Assembly (NCBI GenBank): GCA_965215565.1
Contig: CBDCDZ010000004.1
Location: 992,001 to 1,056,000 of the forward strand
Source of the DNA: Trueperaceae bacterium
GTDB taxonomy: Bacteria; Deinococcota; Deinococci; Deinococcales; Trueperaceae
Length of the DNA: 64,000 nucleotides
Direction: 5' to 3'
Shown one piece after another: positions 1 to 9,792 of the stretch (positions within the stretch are counted from its first letter, which is position 1; each line of letters opens with the position of its first letter). The notes beneath the pieces were generated by a model. It ran no database searches. It was given only the letters and a program-made list of their open reading frames with translations, and was not told the DNA's origin. Position numbers and translations under genes: made by a program.

Positions 1-37
1 AAGCGATAGGTCGAGGGTTCGAGTCCTTCCTGGTGCG
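1..37 (+). tRNA. 3' half of a tRNA (anticodon outside window; probably tRNA-Arg)
   Basis: Variable loop AGGTC, T-arm GAGGG-TTCGAGT-CCTTC, acceptor strand CTGGTGC plus discriminator G; no encoded CCA. The Arg identity is only inferred. Confidence 0.85.
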
Positions 38-48
38 TTTCATAGAGA

Positions 49-86
49 ATGACCTCTTCACCTTGCGAAGAGGTCATCTTTGTTTT
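49..86 (+). terminator. Intrinsic terminator after tRNA
   Basis: ATGACCTCTTC/GAAGAGGTCAT stem followed by CTTTGTTTT. Confidence 0.8.
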
Positions 87-218
87 AGCAGGTATCATCT
101 GGTTTGAGTGTACGTAAGTTTTGCGAAGCAACACTCTCACTATGCAAAGCAGTGTCTAGCGCGCACATTCGATGATGATACCTGCGCTTATCCGTCTCAG
201 TATGTCTTGGAACTGCTA
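86..218 (+). repeat. TAGCAG...CTGCTA dispersed element, copy A (133 bp)
   Basis: Differs from 1243..1375 at one base; 6-bp terminal IR; internal IR GCAGGTATCATC/GATGATACCTGC. Confidence 0.95.
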
Positions 219-276
219 TTTCATTTAGAAAGCTTCCCCCTCGCGCCTGAACAGTGCGCTCGGCTGGAACTCGAGC

Positions 277-516
277 TTGACATAGGGGCGTCGTGGCAGG
301 GTACGTTTTGTACGTTCCGCCGTAACTACGGCGCATTGAGAAATTCTTCATGGAAGCGAGCCGGCGTGAGCGCTGTAAGACTTTTGTGACAGCCCGTCCT
401 CTAAAGTACAGTCAGGCAGGGCAATACCGTGAACCAACCTGCATTACGTCGTGCATCACCACCTACGCCCTGCCTCTCACCAAACCCCCTCGTCCTCCTC
501 TCCGAGGGGGTTTTTC
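277..516 (+). ncRNA. Candidate small structured RNA with its own promoter and terminator
   Basis: TTGACA at 277; hairpins CGCCGTA/TACGGCG and AGGCAGGGC/GCCCTGCCT; terminator at 482..516; no convincing ORF. Confidence 0.35.
482..516. terminator. Intrinsic, possibly bidirectional terminator
   Basis: AAACCCCCTCG/CGAGGGGGTTT stem with a T tract; also lies just downstream of the convergent DUF4126 gene. Confidence 0.75.
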
Positions 517-537
517 ATGGCCTCAATCATTCCGCTG

Positions 538-1113
538 CTACTGACTTCGTCCCTGCTGAGGCTGCCGCCGCAACCGCGCCACGCGCCGCGCCGCGAAGAT
601 GACAAACGCGATAAGCCCGGCGACGGCGATGAGAGGCAGTGCAAAGGCTAAGAGGGAGAAAAAGACGGCGAGGACGTTCTCTATGGTGGAGAAGACCGGG
701 TTGCCGACGCCCCCCGTCGTCGTCGTCGAAGCGAGCCGCGTCACGCTCGTGAGCGCCTGAACGCCGCCTGCCGCCCCACCGCCCAAAATACCCGCCATTG
801 TCCAGCGCAAGACCGGATCGAGTTCGGGTACGAACGAGCTTGTAATGAGCGTGCCTGCGACGACAGCGGCGGGCGCAGCGATAGTGTCGAGTAAGTTGTC
901 CACCCAGGGAACGTAAAAGCCCGCAACTTCGGCGAGCGTGGCTGCGCCCAAAGCGGCGAAGGCGGCGTTCGTTTCCATCCAGTCAGCGCTGGGGGGCAAG
1001 TCCACGCCGCCAAAAATCGCGCTGGCGCTCATAACGAAAGGCGGGATAAAGACGCGGAAGCCGCACGCGGCGCTGAGCGCGACCCCCAAGCAGATAGCGA
1101 GTAACGTGTCCAC
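538..1113 (-). CDS. DUF4126-family membrane protein
   Basis: Hydrophobic 191 aa; GVALSAACGFRVFIPP, PWVDNLLD and GNPVFSTIEN motifs. Confidence 0.8.
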   Translation of the reverse strand: MDTLLAICLGVALSAACGFRVFIPPFVMSASAIFGGVDLPPSADWMETNAAFAALGAATLAEVAGFYVPWVDNLLDTIAAPAAVVAGTLITSSFVPELDPVLRWTMAGILGGGAAGGVQALTSVTRLASTTTTGGVGNPVFSTIENVLAVFFSLLAFALPLIAVAGLIAFVIFAARRVARLRRQPQQGRSQ

Positions 1114-1242
1114 CTCTCAATTTTAACTCTTTTTGAGTAGAACAGAAATATACGTGACGAGTAGAGCGACTTATGTTTGGCTCGAGCGCCCTCTAGCCGC
1201 AGGCGCTCGAGCCGCAGTTTTACCAGTCTAGGTCTGTACATT

Positions 1243-1375
1243 TAGCAGGTATCATCTGGTTTGAGTGTACGTAAGTTTTGCGAAGCAACACTCTCACTAT
1301 GCAAAGCAGTGTCTAGCACGCACATTCGATGATGATACCTGCGCTTATCCGTCTCAGTATGTCTTGGAACTGCTA
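1243..1375 (+). repeat. TAGCAG...CTGCTA element, copy B
   Basis: 132/133 identical to copy A, same orientation. Confidence 0.95.
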
Positions 1376-1466
1376 ATTGAGGTTTTTAGTGACCTACCCA
1401 AACGACCAGTCCAGCCCTAGCTGTTCGGCGGATGCGGAAGCTAAAGGCAATCCTTAAACTGAAAGC

Positions 1467-2342
1467 GTGAACTTATCAGACCTATCCGAATCTTTAGCCG
1501 ATACCTTGGAAACCTTTTCCCCCTCACTCGTCGGCGTCGAAGCGCGGCGTAGATACGGCGTGAGCGGCGTTGTGTGGACGGATGACATGGTTGTCACCAC
1601 GCATCACACGACCGAGCGCGACGAGGACATCACCGTCAGAACGCACGGCGGCGAAACGCATTCGGCAACGCTTGTCGGACGCGACCCTACGACCGACCTC
1701 GCCTTGCTGCGCGTCGAAGGGGGCAACCTTGGCGCTCCGACTTGGAGTAGTGGCAACGTGCGCGTCGGACAACTCGTTTTTATGGCAGGGCGGCGCAGCG
1801 AAAACGTGCGGGCAAGCTTGGGCATCGTGAGCGCGTTAGGCGAGGGTTGGCATACGCGCTCGGGTGGACATATCGCAAAGGACCTCCGCACCGACGCCCA
1901 ACCCTTCAGAGGCTTTTCCGGCGGACCGCTTGTGAGCGCGTCAGGAGAGGTTTTAGGCGTGAACACGTCGGCGCTCTCGAGGCAAGGGAGCACCACCATC
2001 CCCACCAAAACGGTTGAACGAGTCGCCCAAACCCTCCTAGAACACGGCAGGATGCGCCGCCCCTACTTGGGCGTCGGCGTGCAGCCTGTGAGACTGCCAG
2101 AAGCGTATAAAGAACAAAAAACGGGACTGCTTCTCACCTCCGTCGCACCGGAAAGCTCAGGTGCTAAGGCAGGGCTCGTATTGGGGGATACGCTGCTCGA
2201 GCTTGCTGGAACACCATTACGCCACTTCGACGACCTTCAAGCCGCCTTGCACGAAGACTTGATCAACCAAGAGGTCACGTTCAAAGTGCTGCGCGGTGGT
2301 GAAGTGAGAGAGGTCAACGTCACCCTGAGTGAACGTTCGTAA
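1467..2342 (+). CDS. S1C (HtrA/DegP-like) serine protease with PDZ domain
   Basis: TTHH, DLALL and GFSGGPL triad motifs; C-terminal PDZ domain. Confidence 0.9.
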   Translation: MNLSDLSESLADTLETFSPSLVGVEARRRYGVSGVVWTDDMVVTTHHTTERDEDITVRTHGGETHSATLVGRDPTTDLALLRVEGGNLGAPTWSSGNVRVGQLVFMAGRRSENVRASLGIVSALGEGWHTRSGGHIAKDLRTDAQPFRGFSGGPLVSASGEVLGVNTSALSRQGSTTIPTKTVERVAQTLLEHGRMRRPYLGVGVQPVRLPEAYKEQKTGLLLTSVAPESSGAKAGLVLGDTLLELAGTPLRHFDDLQAALHEDLINQEVTFKVLRGGEVREVNVTLSERS

Positions 2343-2456
2343 GAGCAGGGCGCATAAGATGAGGAGAAGGAGTTACAAAATAAATATAAATATGCTTAGA
2401 ACTTATAGAATCTATCAGACACGAGGTCAGCGCTGAGGGCGGCGTTAGCGGGAGGG

Positions 2457-4274
2457 TTGGGGTCCTGGCGCGTCATGCGCCGCGACCTCGCAGAGACCTC
2501 ACAACTCGTCTGGCAAGCAAGCCCTCTACAAACCTCGCTACTCGCCGTGTTCGGCTTGCTCGCCGCCGCCATCACTCCGGCGAGCTTGTGGGTCACGAAG
2601 CTGCTCGTGGACGCCATTGCCAGAGCAATCAATGGTGACGGCGCGTTCAGCGAGTTGGTCAACCTCTTGATCCTCCAAGTCGCTATCGGCGCGGCGGGCG
2701 CGATCCTTACGGCGGGGCAGAGCGCGGTGCGTGACCTCTTGGGTGACGCGCTGCAAAACCGCATCAGCAAGCGGATTTTGGAAAAAGCGGCGGGCTTAGA
2801 GGTTGCCCAGTTCGAAGACCCAGCGACTTACGACGCTCTGCGCAATGCTTACCGAGAGGTCGGCACGCGGCCCTTGGGCGTGGTGACGCAGCTTCTCGGG
2901 CTCGCGCAAGCGGTTCTCACCCTCTCTGCCATCGGCGCACTCTTAGCCAACTTAGGCGCAGATGTCGTACCGCTCATTCTCCTAGCGACGATTCCCACCG
3001 TCTGGGTTTCGAACCGCTTCGGGCGGCAGAGCTACCGGATGATTCGGCGGCAGGCGGCGGACTCACGGATTCAGAACTACCTGGGAAGTTTGCTGACCTC
3101 AGATACCTTAGTCAAAGAGGTGCGGCTCTTCGGCTTTGAACATTACCTCTTGTCGGGCTGGCAGCACTACTACGAGAAGTTTAGAGCGCAGCTCGTTTCG
3201 CTGGTGCTGCGGCGTAGTGGGTGGGGGCTCGGGGCATCGCTGCTCTCGTCGGGCTTGGTTGCACTCGCAACGCTCTCAGTCTTACGGCGAGCGGCAGCGG
3301 GGCTCATCACGATTGGCGACTTCACGCTGTTTGCGCAAGGCATCGTGCAGGTGCAAGCGCAGTTCTCACAGCTCCTCTCAGGCTTCTCGGGGATTTACCA
3401 GAACCTCTTGTACATGCGCAACCTCTTCGAGTTTTTAGAGCTTCCCGCGCAAGACCCGGATGAAGGCGAAGAGTGGGTAGGGAAGATTGACACGCTCGAG
3501 TTCCAAAACGTCAGCTTCCGCTATCCGCTGACTGAGCGCGACGTGCTCAAAGATGTCTCGTTCACCTTGCGGCGCGGTCAGAGCGTCGCGTTAGTTGGTG
3601 AGAACGGGGCAGGCAAGACGACGCTGATTAAGCTCATGACGCGGCTTTACGAGCCGACCTCGGGGCGGATTTTGCTCAATGGGCTGGACTCGAGCCGCTT
3701 TAGCCCCCGCAGCATCCAGCGGGAGATGAGCAGCGTCTTTCAGGACTTCGGGCAGTACCAGATGAGTGCGAAGGAGAACATCGCGCTGAGCCGCACGGAC
3801 GCGCTGGACGACGAGGCGGCGATTCGTGGGGCGGGCGAGCGCTCTGGGGCGGAAGAGGTCATCAAAACGCTCCCCGAAGGCTACGACACCATGCTCGGGC
3901 GACTCTTCGAGGGCGGCGTCGGTCTCTCCGGCGGACAGTGGCAGCGCCTCGCCTTGGGGCGGCTCTACTTTCGCGGTGGCTCTGTTCTCATCTTCGACGA
4001 GCCGACCTCGGCGCTGGACGCGCGGGCGGAGTTTGAGACAATTGAGGCGCTCAGAAAACAAGCTGTCGGACGTTTAACCATCATCATCTCGCACCGCTTC
4101 AGCACGGTACGTCTGGCGGATAAGATCATCGTCTTGGAGGAGGGTGTCATCTCGGAGACGGGTTCGCATGAGGAGTTGTTGGCGCAAAACGGCACGTACG
4201 CGACGCTCTTCAAATTGCAGGCGAGTGGGTATGTAGATTTAGTGGATAATGAGGTCATGGAGGTACGAAAATGA
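2457..4274 (+). CDS. ABC transporter, fused permease/ATP-binding protein
   Basis: TM domain, Walker A GENGAGKT, LSGGQ signature, DEPTS Walker B; start uncertain. Confidence 0.92.
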   Translation: MGSWRVMRRDLAETSQLVWQASPLQTSLLAVFGLLAAAITPASLWVTKLLVDAIARAINGDGAFSELVNLLILQVAIGAAGAILTAGQSAVRDLLGDALQNRISKRILEKAAGLEVAQFEDPATYDALRNAYREVGTRPLGVVTQLLGLAQAVLTLSAIGALLANLGADVVPLILLATIPTVWVSNRFGRQSYRMIRRQAADSRIQNYLGSLLTSDTLVKEVRLFGFEHYLLSGWQHYYEKFRAQLVSLVLRRSGWGLGASLLSSGLVALATLSVLRRAAAGLITIGDFTLFAQGIVQVQAQFSQLLSGFSGIYQNLLYMRNLFEFLELPAQDPDEGEEWVGKIDTLEFQNVSFRYPLTERDVLKDVSFTLRRGQSVALVGENGAGKTTLIKLMTRLYEPTSGRILLNGLDSSRFSPRSIQREMSSVFQDFGQYQMSAKENIALSRTDALDDEAAIRGAGERSGAEEVIKTLPEGYDTMLGRLFEGGVGLSGGQWQRLALGRLYFRGGSVLIFDEPTSALDARAEFETIEALRKQAVGRLTIIISHRFSTVRLADKIIVLEEGVISETGSHEELLAQNGTYATLFKLQASGYVDLVDNEVMEVRK

Positions 4275-4735
4275 GCGCAGCAGATGAAGTGAAAGAGATT
4301 GTCGGGTCATGGGACGGGGTGAGCGTCGAGGCGCACCGCTTCGGCGGCTTGGAGTATCAACTGTCAGGCATTGAACTTGGACATCTACACGGGAGCCGCT
4401 TGCTCGACGTACCCTTTACCAAAAAGGTGCGCGACCTCTTGATTGAGCAAGATTTAGCGGCGGAGCATCATATCCTCAAAGATTCAGGTTGGATTTCTTT
4501 TTACCTCAAGAAACCGGAGGACACGGCGCACGCGCTCTGGCTGCTCAACGTGTCCTACCTCTACCGCGCTGTGACGCTCATCGGCAAGAAAAATAAGGAC
4601 GCGCCGCTGTCACTCGAAGAGGTTGAGCGAGAGGTCAAGGGGCTCGACTTAACGCCCGACTTAGCTGAGCTTTTCGCAGATTTGCTAGAGCGCCGCAAAG
4701 CGAACGCGAGCAGGGCTGACGCCGCAAAATCGTAG
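4271..4735 (+). CDS. Luciferase-like/DUF5519 family protein
   Basis: HRFGG, ELGHLHG and HHILKDSGW motifs; ATGA overlap with the ABC gene. Confidence 0.75.
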   Translation: MSAADEVKEIVGSWDGVSVEAHRFGGLEYQLSGIELGHLHGSRLLDVPFTKKVRDLLIEQDLAAEHHILKDSGWISFYLKKPEDTAHALWLLNVSYLYRAVTLIGKKNKDAPLSLEEVEREVKGLDLTPDLAELFADLLERRKANASRADAAKS

Positions 4736-4789
4736 CTGCGTATCTCAAAAAAGCTACGTTGAAGAGATGCTAAAATAGACGCACCAGAG

Positions 4790-5402
4790 GTGATTATGAC
4801 TATCAAATCCGTGTCCTCCAAAAGCGAATATCCCTACGTTGTCATGCGTCTTGACTCGGTGCTCACACTCGACGCCGACACCTTCTTCGACCTCGCCCAA
4901 GCCAACAGAGACCTCCGCATGGAACTCAGCGCCGAAGGAGACCTTATCGTCATGCCGCCTGCTGGAGGAAATACAGGAAACCGCAACGCGAAACTCACCG
5001 CTCGATTCGTCGTTTGGAACGAGCAACATGGACCGGGGTGACGTGTTCGACTCCTCTACAGGCTTCCGTTTGCCCAATAGCGCAGTGCGTTCACCCGATG
5101 TGTCGTGGGTGAGCCGCGAGCGGCTAGCAGACCTCACCCAAGCACAGATGGACAAGTTCCCCCCCTTGTGTCCCGAGTTTGTCTTGGAGCTTCGTTCGCC
5201 AACCGACCGTCTCAACGTTGCGAAGGAAAAGATGCAAGAGTACATAGAGAACGGCGCGGAACTAGGCTGGCTCATCGACCCACAAGAGAAAAAGGTCTAT
5301 ATATACACCGCTGATGGGGTAGAAGAACTCGAGCACCCTCAAGAGGTTGCAGGAACTGGCGTGTTGGAGGGGTTTGTGCTCGAGCTTAGTGATATCTGGT
5401 AA
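4790..5402 (+). pseudogene. Uma2-family endonuclease, frameshifted near 5035
   Basis: N-half (ELSAEGDLIVMPP) and C-half (FDSSTGF, RSPDVSW, PEFVLELRS, LGWLIDP) lie in different frames; one extra base in CCGGGGT; could be an assembly error. Confidence 0.8.
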
Positions 5403-5733
5403 ACGTAGAAATGCTCGAGCGTCAAAGCTGACACCTCCGTAGGGTCTAAGGACGACGCGCTACACGCCAACTTCAACCACCCGATAGGTGTTGCAAATAC
5501 GTCCATAGGTTTTTGAAAGACAGGTCAACCCTGCAACGTAAGCTAAGTGACGTCGCCAACGCAGGTGTACGCGCTAAAAAGGTAGAGAAAACACTTTTCT
5601 TCGACCCAGGACCTCTATCTTTAACCCTTCTTACGCGCCGTAACCTCTCAACTTGTAGAAAGTGGCCCCTTATGAAGACATCTGTAACGGTGAAGTTTAG
5701 CCTTGAGCCTCTCCACATTCAAGCTAAGGCGCG

Positions 5734-6954
5734 ATGACCCAAGCCGCCATCCAAGTGGACACCGCCGTCTACGGCACGCAAAGCTGCCCGCTCACAAGAG
5801 GGATTCGCGAGTGGTTGGGCGAACACGAAGTTCCTTACGACTTCTTTGACATTGAAAATGACGCCGACGCCGAAGAGCGCGTGCGGCAAATGAACAGTGG
5901 TCAGCTCAAGTATCCGATGGTCACGGTGGGCGACAGGGTCATGAAAAACCCGTCAGATGATGAGCTTAGAGACGCGCTTAGTGCGTCGGATATCGCGTTT
6001 ACAGACCCGGAAGAGGATTCGGAGGACATGGGCGTGCGCGGCGCACTCGACCGCTCGGCGTCGGGCGCACCAGCGGCGGGCAAAGCGGTGCGCGACATGT
6101 TCTCCACCGATGAGATTTTTCAGCGCATCACGGCGACGGCGGACGAGGAGTTTTCGCGCAGCAACCGCCTTTTGTTTCTGAGCGGTATCGCGGCGGGGCT
6201 TTCCATCGGCTTGACCTTTCTTGCGAGAGCCGCGCTGACGGGGCTCACGCCCTGGGACTCGAGCGGCTTAGTCGGCAACATACTCTATCCGGTGGGCTTC
6301 TTGCTCATCGTCATGGGGCGCTATCAGCTCTTTACGGAGAATACCCTCACGCCTGTGACGCTCGTCTTGACGCGCATCGCCTCGCTGCCGACGCTCCTCA
6401 GGGTGTGGGGCATCGTTTTGCTCGCCAACGTGCTCGGCGCGGCGCTCGTCGCACTCGTGTTAGCGACGACAGGCGTTCTAACGTCCGAAGGGGCAGAGGC
6501 GGCGCGGGGCTTTGCGTTGCACGGTCTCGAGACGCCCTGGTGGGATTTGTTCTGGAAGGGGCTCTTTGCGGGCTGGATCGTAGCGAGCATGGTCTGGCTG
6601 ACGCACGCGGCGCGGGACTCCATGACGCGCTTTTTCACCGTCTTCGTGTTGATGTTCATGATTCCGTCCGCCGACCTCTTTCACTGCATCATCGGCTCGA
6701 GTGAAGCGCTCTATTTGGTCTTTCAGGGCGAAGCGAGTTTGGCGGCGTCGGCGTTCGGCTTCTTTTTACCCGTCCTCTTAGGCAACACGCTCGGCGGCGT
6801 GCTCTTGGTTGGCATCCTCAACTACTCGCAGACGAGAGACGTGCGCTACCCGGACCGCGATTGCAGCACCTTGGAGCTGTCGTGGAGAGAGTGGTTGTTA
6901 GGAAATCATAAGGGGAGACCGCGGGCGCTGTCTCGTTCGTCTTCGGGGGATTAG
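5734..6954 (+). CDS. Glutaredoxin-like domain fused to YfdC-like formate/nitrite transporter
   Basis: N-terminal VYGTQSCP...YPMV; FNT motifs IAAGL, QLFTENT, HCI and GNTLGG. Confidence 0.85.
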   Translation: MTQAAIQVDTAVYGTQSCPLTRGIREWLGEHEVPYDFFDIENDADAEERVRQMNSGQLKYPMVTVGDRVMKNPSDDELRDALSASDIAFTDPEEDSEDMGVRGALDRSASGAPAAGKAVRDMFSTDEIFQRITATADEEFSRSNRLLFLSGIAAGLSIGLTFLARAALTGLTPWDSSGLVGNILYPVGFLLIVMGRYQLFTENTLTPVTLVLTRIASLPTLLRVWGIVLLANVLGAALVALVLATTGVLTSEGAEAARGFALHGLETPWWDLFWKGLFAGWIVASMVWLTHAARDSMTRFFTVFVLMFMIPSADLFHCIIGSSEALYLVFQGEASLAASAFGFFLPVLLGNTLGGVLLVGILNYSQTRDVRYPDRDCSTLELSWREWLLGNHKGRPRALSRSSSGD

Positions 6955-7122
6955 GAAGAAGCTGTTAGCTCTTAGCGCAGTCAAAAGCCAAGGGCTCGAG
7001 TAAAAGAAAGGCAAGATAGCCTACGAGTGCGGCGTCAGCTTATCATTAAACTTCATCAAGCCGTGAAGATTTTGGACTAAAGTAAAGTGAGCGAATAAGG
7101 GCAGCGGAGAAAGAGGTCTCAA

Positions 7123-7407
7123 ATGGCTGAATGTCGAGATTTCGAAGGGCTAAGTCCGGTGACGCCGAGTGATGCAGGGTGTAAAGAATGCTTGGAGACG
7201 GGGGACTCGTGGGTGCATCTGCGCATCTGCTTGGCGTGTGGTCACGTCGGCTGCTGCGACTCGTCTAAAAACAAACATGCTACCAAGCACTTTCACGCTT
7301 CTGAGCACCCCGTCGTCCGCTCCTTCGAACCGGGCGAGGAGTGGGGCTACTGCTACGTTCACGAGCTGACCAAGCGTGAAGTGCCTGACTCGCTGGTCGA
7401 AGGCTAA
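7123..7407 (+). CDS. UBP-type zinc finger protein
   Basis: CKEC, CLACGHVGCCDSS, HATKHF, WGYCY. Confidence 0.9.
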   Translation: MAECRDFEGLSPVTPSDAGCKECLETGDSWVHLRICLACGHVGCCDSSKNKHATKHFHASEHPVVRSFEPGEEWGYCYVHELTKREVPDSLVEG

Positions 7408-7408
7408 G

Positions 7409-9031
7409 GTGGCGCACGCTCAGTATCCGTGCGACGAGGGCGTCGTTCGCGGGAGCCAAAAGAATATACCCTGCGCAGATAACGCCAAACCCTGGATTCT
7501 CGCCGCGACGATTTTGGGCTCCTCGATGGCGCAGATCAACTCCTCGACGGTCAACGTCGCGCTGCCCGCGCTGCAAGAGAGTTTGGGCGCGAACGTCGTG
7601 GATATTCAGTGGGTGGTGAACGCCTACACGCTCTTTTTGGCGGCGCTCATCCTCTTGGGTGGCTCCTTGGGGGACCACTTTGGGCGCAACCGTATCTTTA
7701 TGCTGGGCGTCGCGCTCTTCGCGGGTGCGGCGGTCTGGTGTGGGCTCGCGCCTAGTGTCACGCAGCTTATTGTCGCGAGAGGCGTGCAAGGTGTTGGCGG
7801 CGCACTCCTCGTTCCCGGCAGTTTGGCGATTATCAGCGCGTCCTTTCCCGAGGGTGAAAGAGGTCGCGCCATCGGGCTGTGGGCGGCGTTCTCTGCAATG
7901 ACTTCGGGGGCGGGTCCAGTTTTGGGGGGTTGGCTGATTGATACGCTCTCGTGGCGCTGGATTTTCTTTGTGAATATTCCGTTTGCCATCGCGGTGATTA
8001 CCATCGCCTGGTGGCGCGTGCCCGAAAGCCGCGACGATGAGGTCACGGGCGGGCTCGACTGGTGGGGCGCGGCTCTGGCGACGATTGGTTTGGGCGGCGT
8101 CACCTACGGCTTTTTGGAATCCTCGAACCGGGGCTTCGGCAACCTCTCCGTCATCGCGGCGTTCGTTATCGGCGTACTTGCCGTCGTTGCCTTCATCGTC
8201 GTAGAGCGGCGACTCAAAGCGCCGATGGTTCCCCTCAAGCTCTTCACCTCCAAAACGTTCAGCGGCGCGAACCTCTTGACCGTTTTGCTCTACGCGGCGC
8301 TGGGCGGCGCACTCTTCTTTTTACCCCTCAACCTCATTCAAGTGCAGGGCTACTCAGCGACGGCGGCGGGCGCAGCCTTACTCCCTTTTATCGTGCTGAT
8401 GTCGCTCCTCTCGAGCTGGTCCGGCGGTCTCATCGCTCGTTTCGGGGCGAGGCTGCCCCTCACGATTGGTCCTGTGATTGTCGCCGCAGGCTTTTTGCTC
8501 TTCACCCTGCCGGGGACGAGCGGTTCGTACTGGACGACGTTCTTTCCGGCGATTTCGGTGATGGGCTTCGGGATGGCGATTAGCGTTGCGCCCCTCACCA
8601 CAGCCGTGATGAACGCGGTGGCGACGCACTACGCGGGCACAGCCTCGGGCATTAACAATGCAGCTTCGAGGGTCGCGGGTCTCTTAGCCGTCGCCATCTT
8701 CGGCGTCGTGATGGTCATTGCCTTTGGCAGTGCGCTAAGAGGTCAGTTAGAGCCGCTCAACCTGAGCGAAGAGGTCAGGAGCACGATTCTCAGCAACCGG
8801 GCGGATTTGGCGAGTATCCAAGTTCCCGAAGAGGTCGCGGACACGGCAGCCGTTCAAACCGCGATCAACGAGGCGTTCGTCTACGGCTTTCGCGTGGTGA
8901 TGTTTATCTCGGCGGCGCTCGCGGCGCTGAGTGCGCTTATCGCTTGGGTGATGATCGAAGGGAAAGTGGCGGAGCAGGATGAGGCGCAAGGTGAGGCAGG
9001 GCAAACGACGGGAGAGGTGTCGGCGGCATAA
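7409..9031 (+). CDS. MFS transporter, DHA2-like
   Basis: VNVALP, WVVNAY and GSLGDHFGR motifs; about 14 TM segments; GTG start just after the zf-UBP stop. Confidence 0.9.
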   Translation: MAHAQYPCDEGVVRGSQKNIPCADNAKPWILAATILGSSMAQINSSTVNVALPALQESLGANVVDIQWVVNAYTLFLAALILLGGSLGDHFGRNRIFMLGVALFAGAAVWCGLAPSVTQLIVARGVQGVGGALLVPGSLAIISASFPEGERGRAIGLWAAFSAMTSGAGPVLGGWLIDTLSWRWIFFVNIPFAIAVITIAWWRVPESRDDEVTGGLDWWGAALATIGLGGVTYGFLESSNRGFGNLSVIAAFVIGVLAVVAFIVVERRLKAPMVPLKLFTSKTFSGANLLTVLLYAALGGALFFLPLNLIQVQGYSATAAGAALLPFIVLMSLLSSWSGGLIARFGARLPLTIGPVIVAAGFLLFTLPGTSGSYWTTFFPAISVMGFGMAISVAPLTTAVMNAVATHYAGTASGINNAASRVAGLLAVAIFGVVMVIAFGSALRGQLEPLNLSEEVRSTILSNRADLASIQVPEEVADTAAVQTAINEAFVYGFRVVMFISAALAALSALIAWVMIEGKVAEQDEAQGEAGQTTGEVSAA

Positions 9032-9114
9032 AGTATTAGCATTTTTGTCACCCCCGCGTCATACCCACTTCGGGGTAAGTTACGAAATCAAGTTTCGTAA
9101 CTTACCCCAAATAT

Positions 9115-9744
9115 TCACCCCAAAAGGGTATCATCTCCTGCTAGCGGTTCCATGTGCCGCGCGTCATTCACCCGCTCAATCACCATCTCCCCGTTCCGAC
9201 AAATCACGCGGGTCAGGCTCGTATGGCGCAGAAAGATACGCTTGCGCCATCTCGGGTGCTCCACGCCCATGATGTGGCTGAGGAGCATCTGAATCGTGCC
9301 GGAGTGGGTGAAGGCGACGGTGTGCCCGTCGGATAAATTCATGAGCCAATCCACCACCCTGAGCCGCAAGTCCTCGTAGGACTCGCCCTCTGGCGTGCGG
9401 TGCCTGAAGGGGTCTTGGTACCAGGTGTTCCACGCGCTCGAGGCGACGTTCTGCGCCAAGGTGCGCCCCTCGAACGCGCCAAAGTTCAACTCTTTAAGAC
9501 GTTCATCCCGCTGAATCTCGCGCCCCGGCAACGCGATTTGCGCAGTTTGATAGGCGCGTTTGAGGGGACTCGAGACCACCCTACCGGTAGTTAGCCCGTT
9601 TTGCTCCAAGGTTTCGAGCCGTGCGCGCAACGCCTCCGCTTGCGCCCTACCCTCTTCGGAAAGCTCGATATCGCTGTGCCCTTGAAATTTGCCCGCTGTA
9701 TTCCATTCGGTAAGTCCGTGACGGATAAGAAGAAGCTGTCGCAT
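9115..9744 (-). CDS. Histidine phosphatase family protein
   Basis: LIRHG, SSPLKRA, E.NFG.FEG, GESY, THSG. Confidence 0.9.
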   Translation of the reverse strand: MRQLLLIRHGLTEWNTAGKFQGHSDIELSEEGRAQAEALRARLETLEQNGLTTGRVVSSPLKRAYQTAQIALPGREIQRDERLKELNFGAFEGRTLAQNVASSAWNTWYQDPFRHRTPEGESYEDLRLRVVDWLMNLSDGHTVAFTHSGTIQMLLSHIMGVEHPRWRKRIFLRHTSLTRVICRNGEMVIERVNDARHMEPLAGDDTLLG

Positions 9745-9792
9745 GGATAAGAGCAAGTGTAACAGATTCCACATCCAACTGTCATGGTTTTG

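Noticed and set aside
85..389. ORFs 85..351 and 108..389
   Set aside because: They run through repeat copy A and look like chance translations.
1..1375. Integrase-type island at the tRNA
   Set aside because: No integrase in the window, and I noticed no duplicate of the tRNA 3' end.
5403..5733. Short ORFs and a GTTGCA/TGCAAC IR before the Grx-FNT gene
   Set aside because: No recognisable motif or RBS; insufficient evidence.
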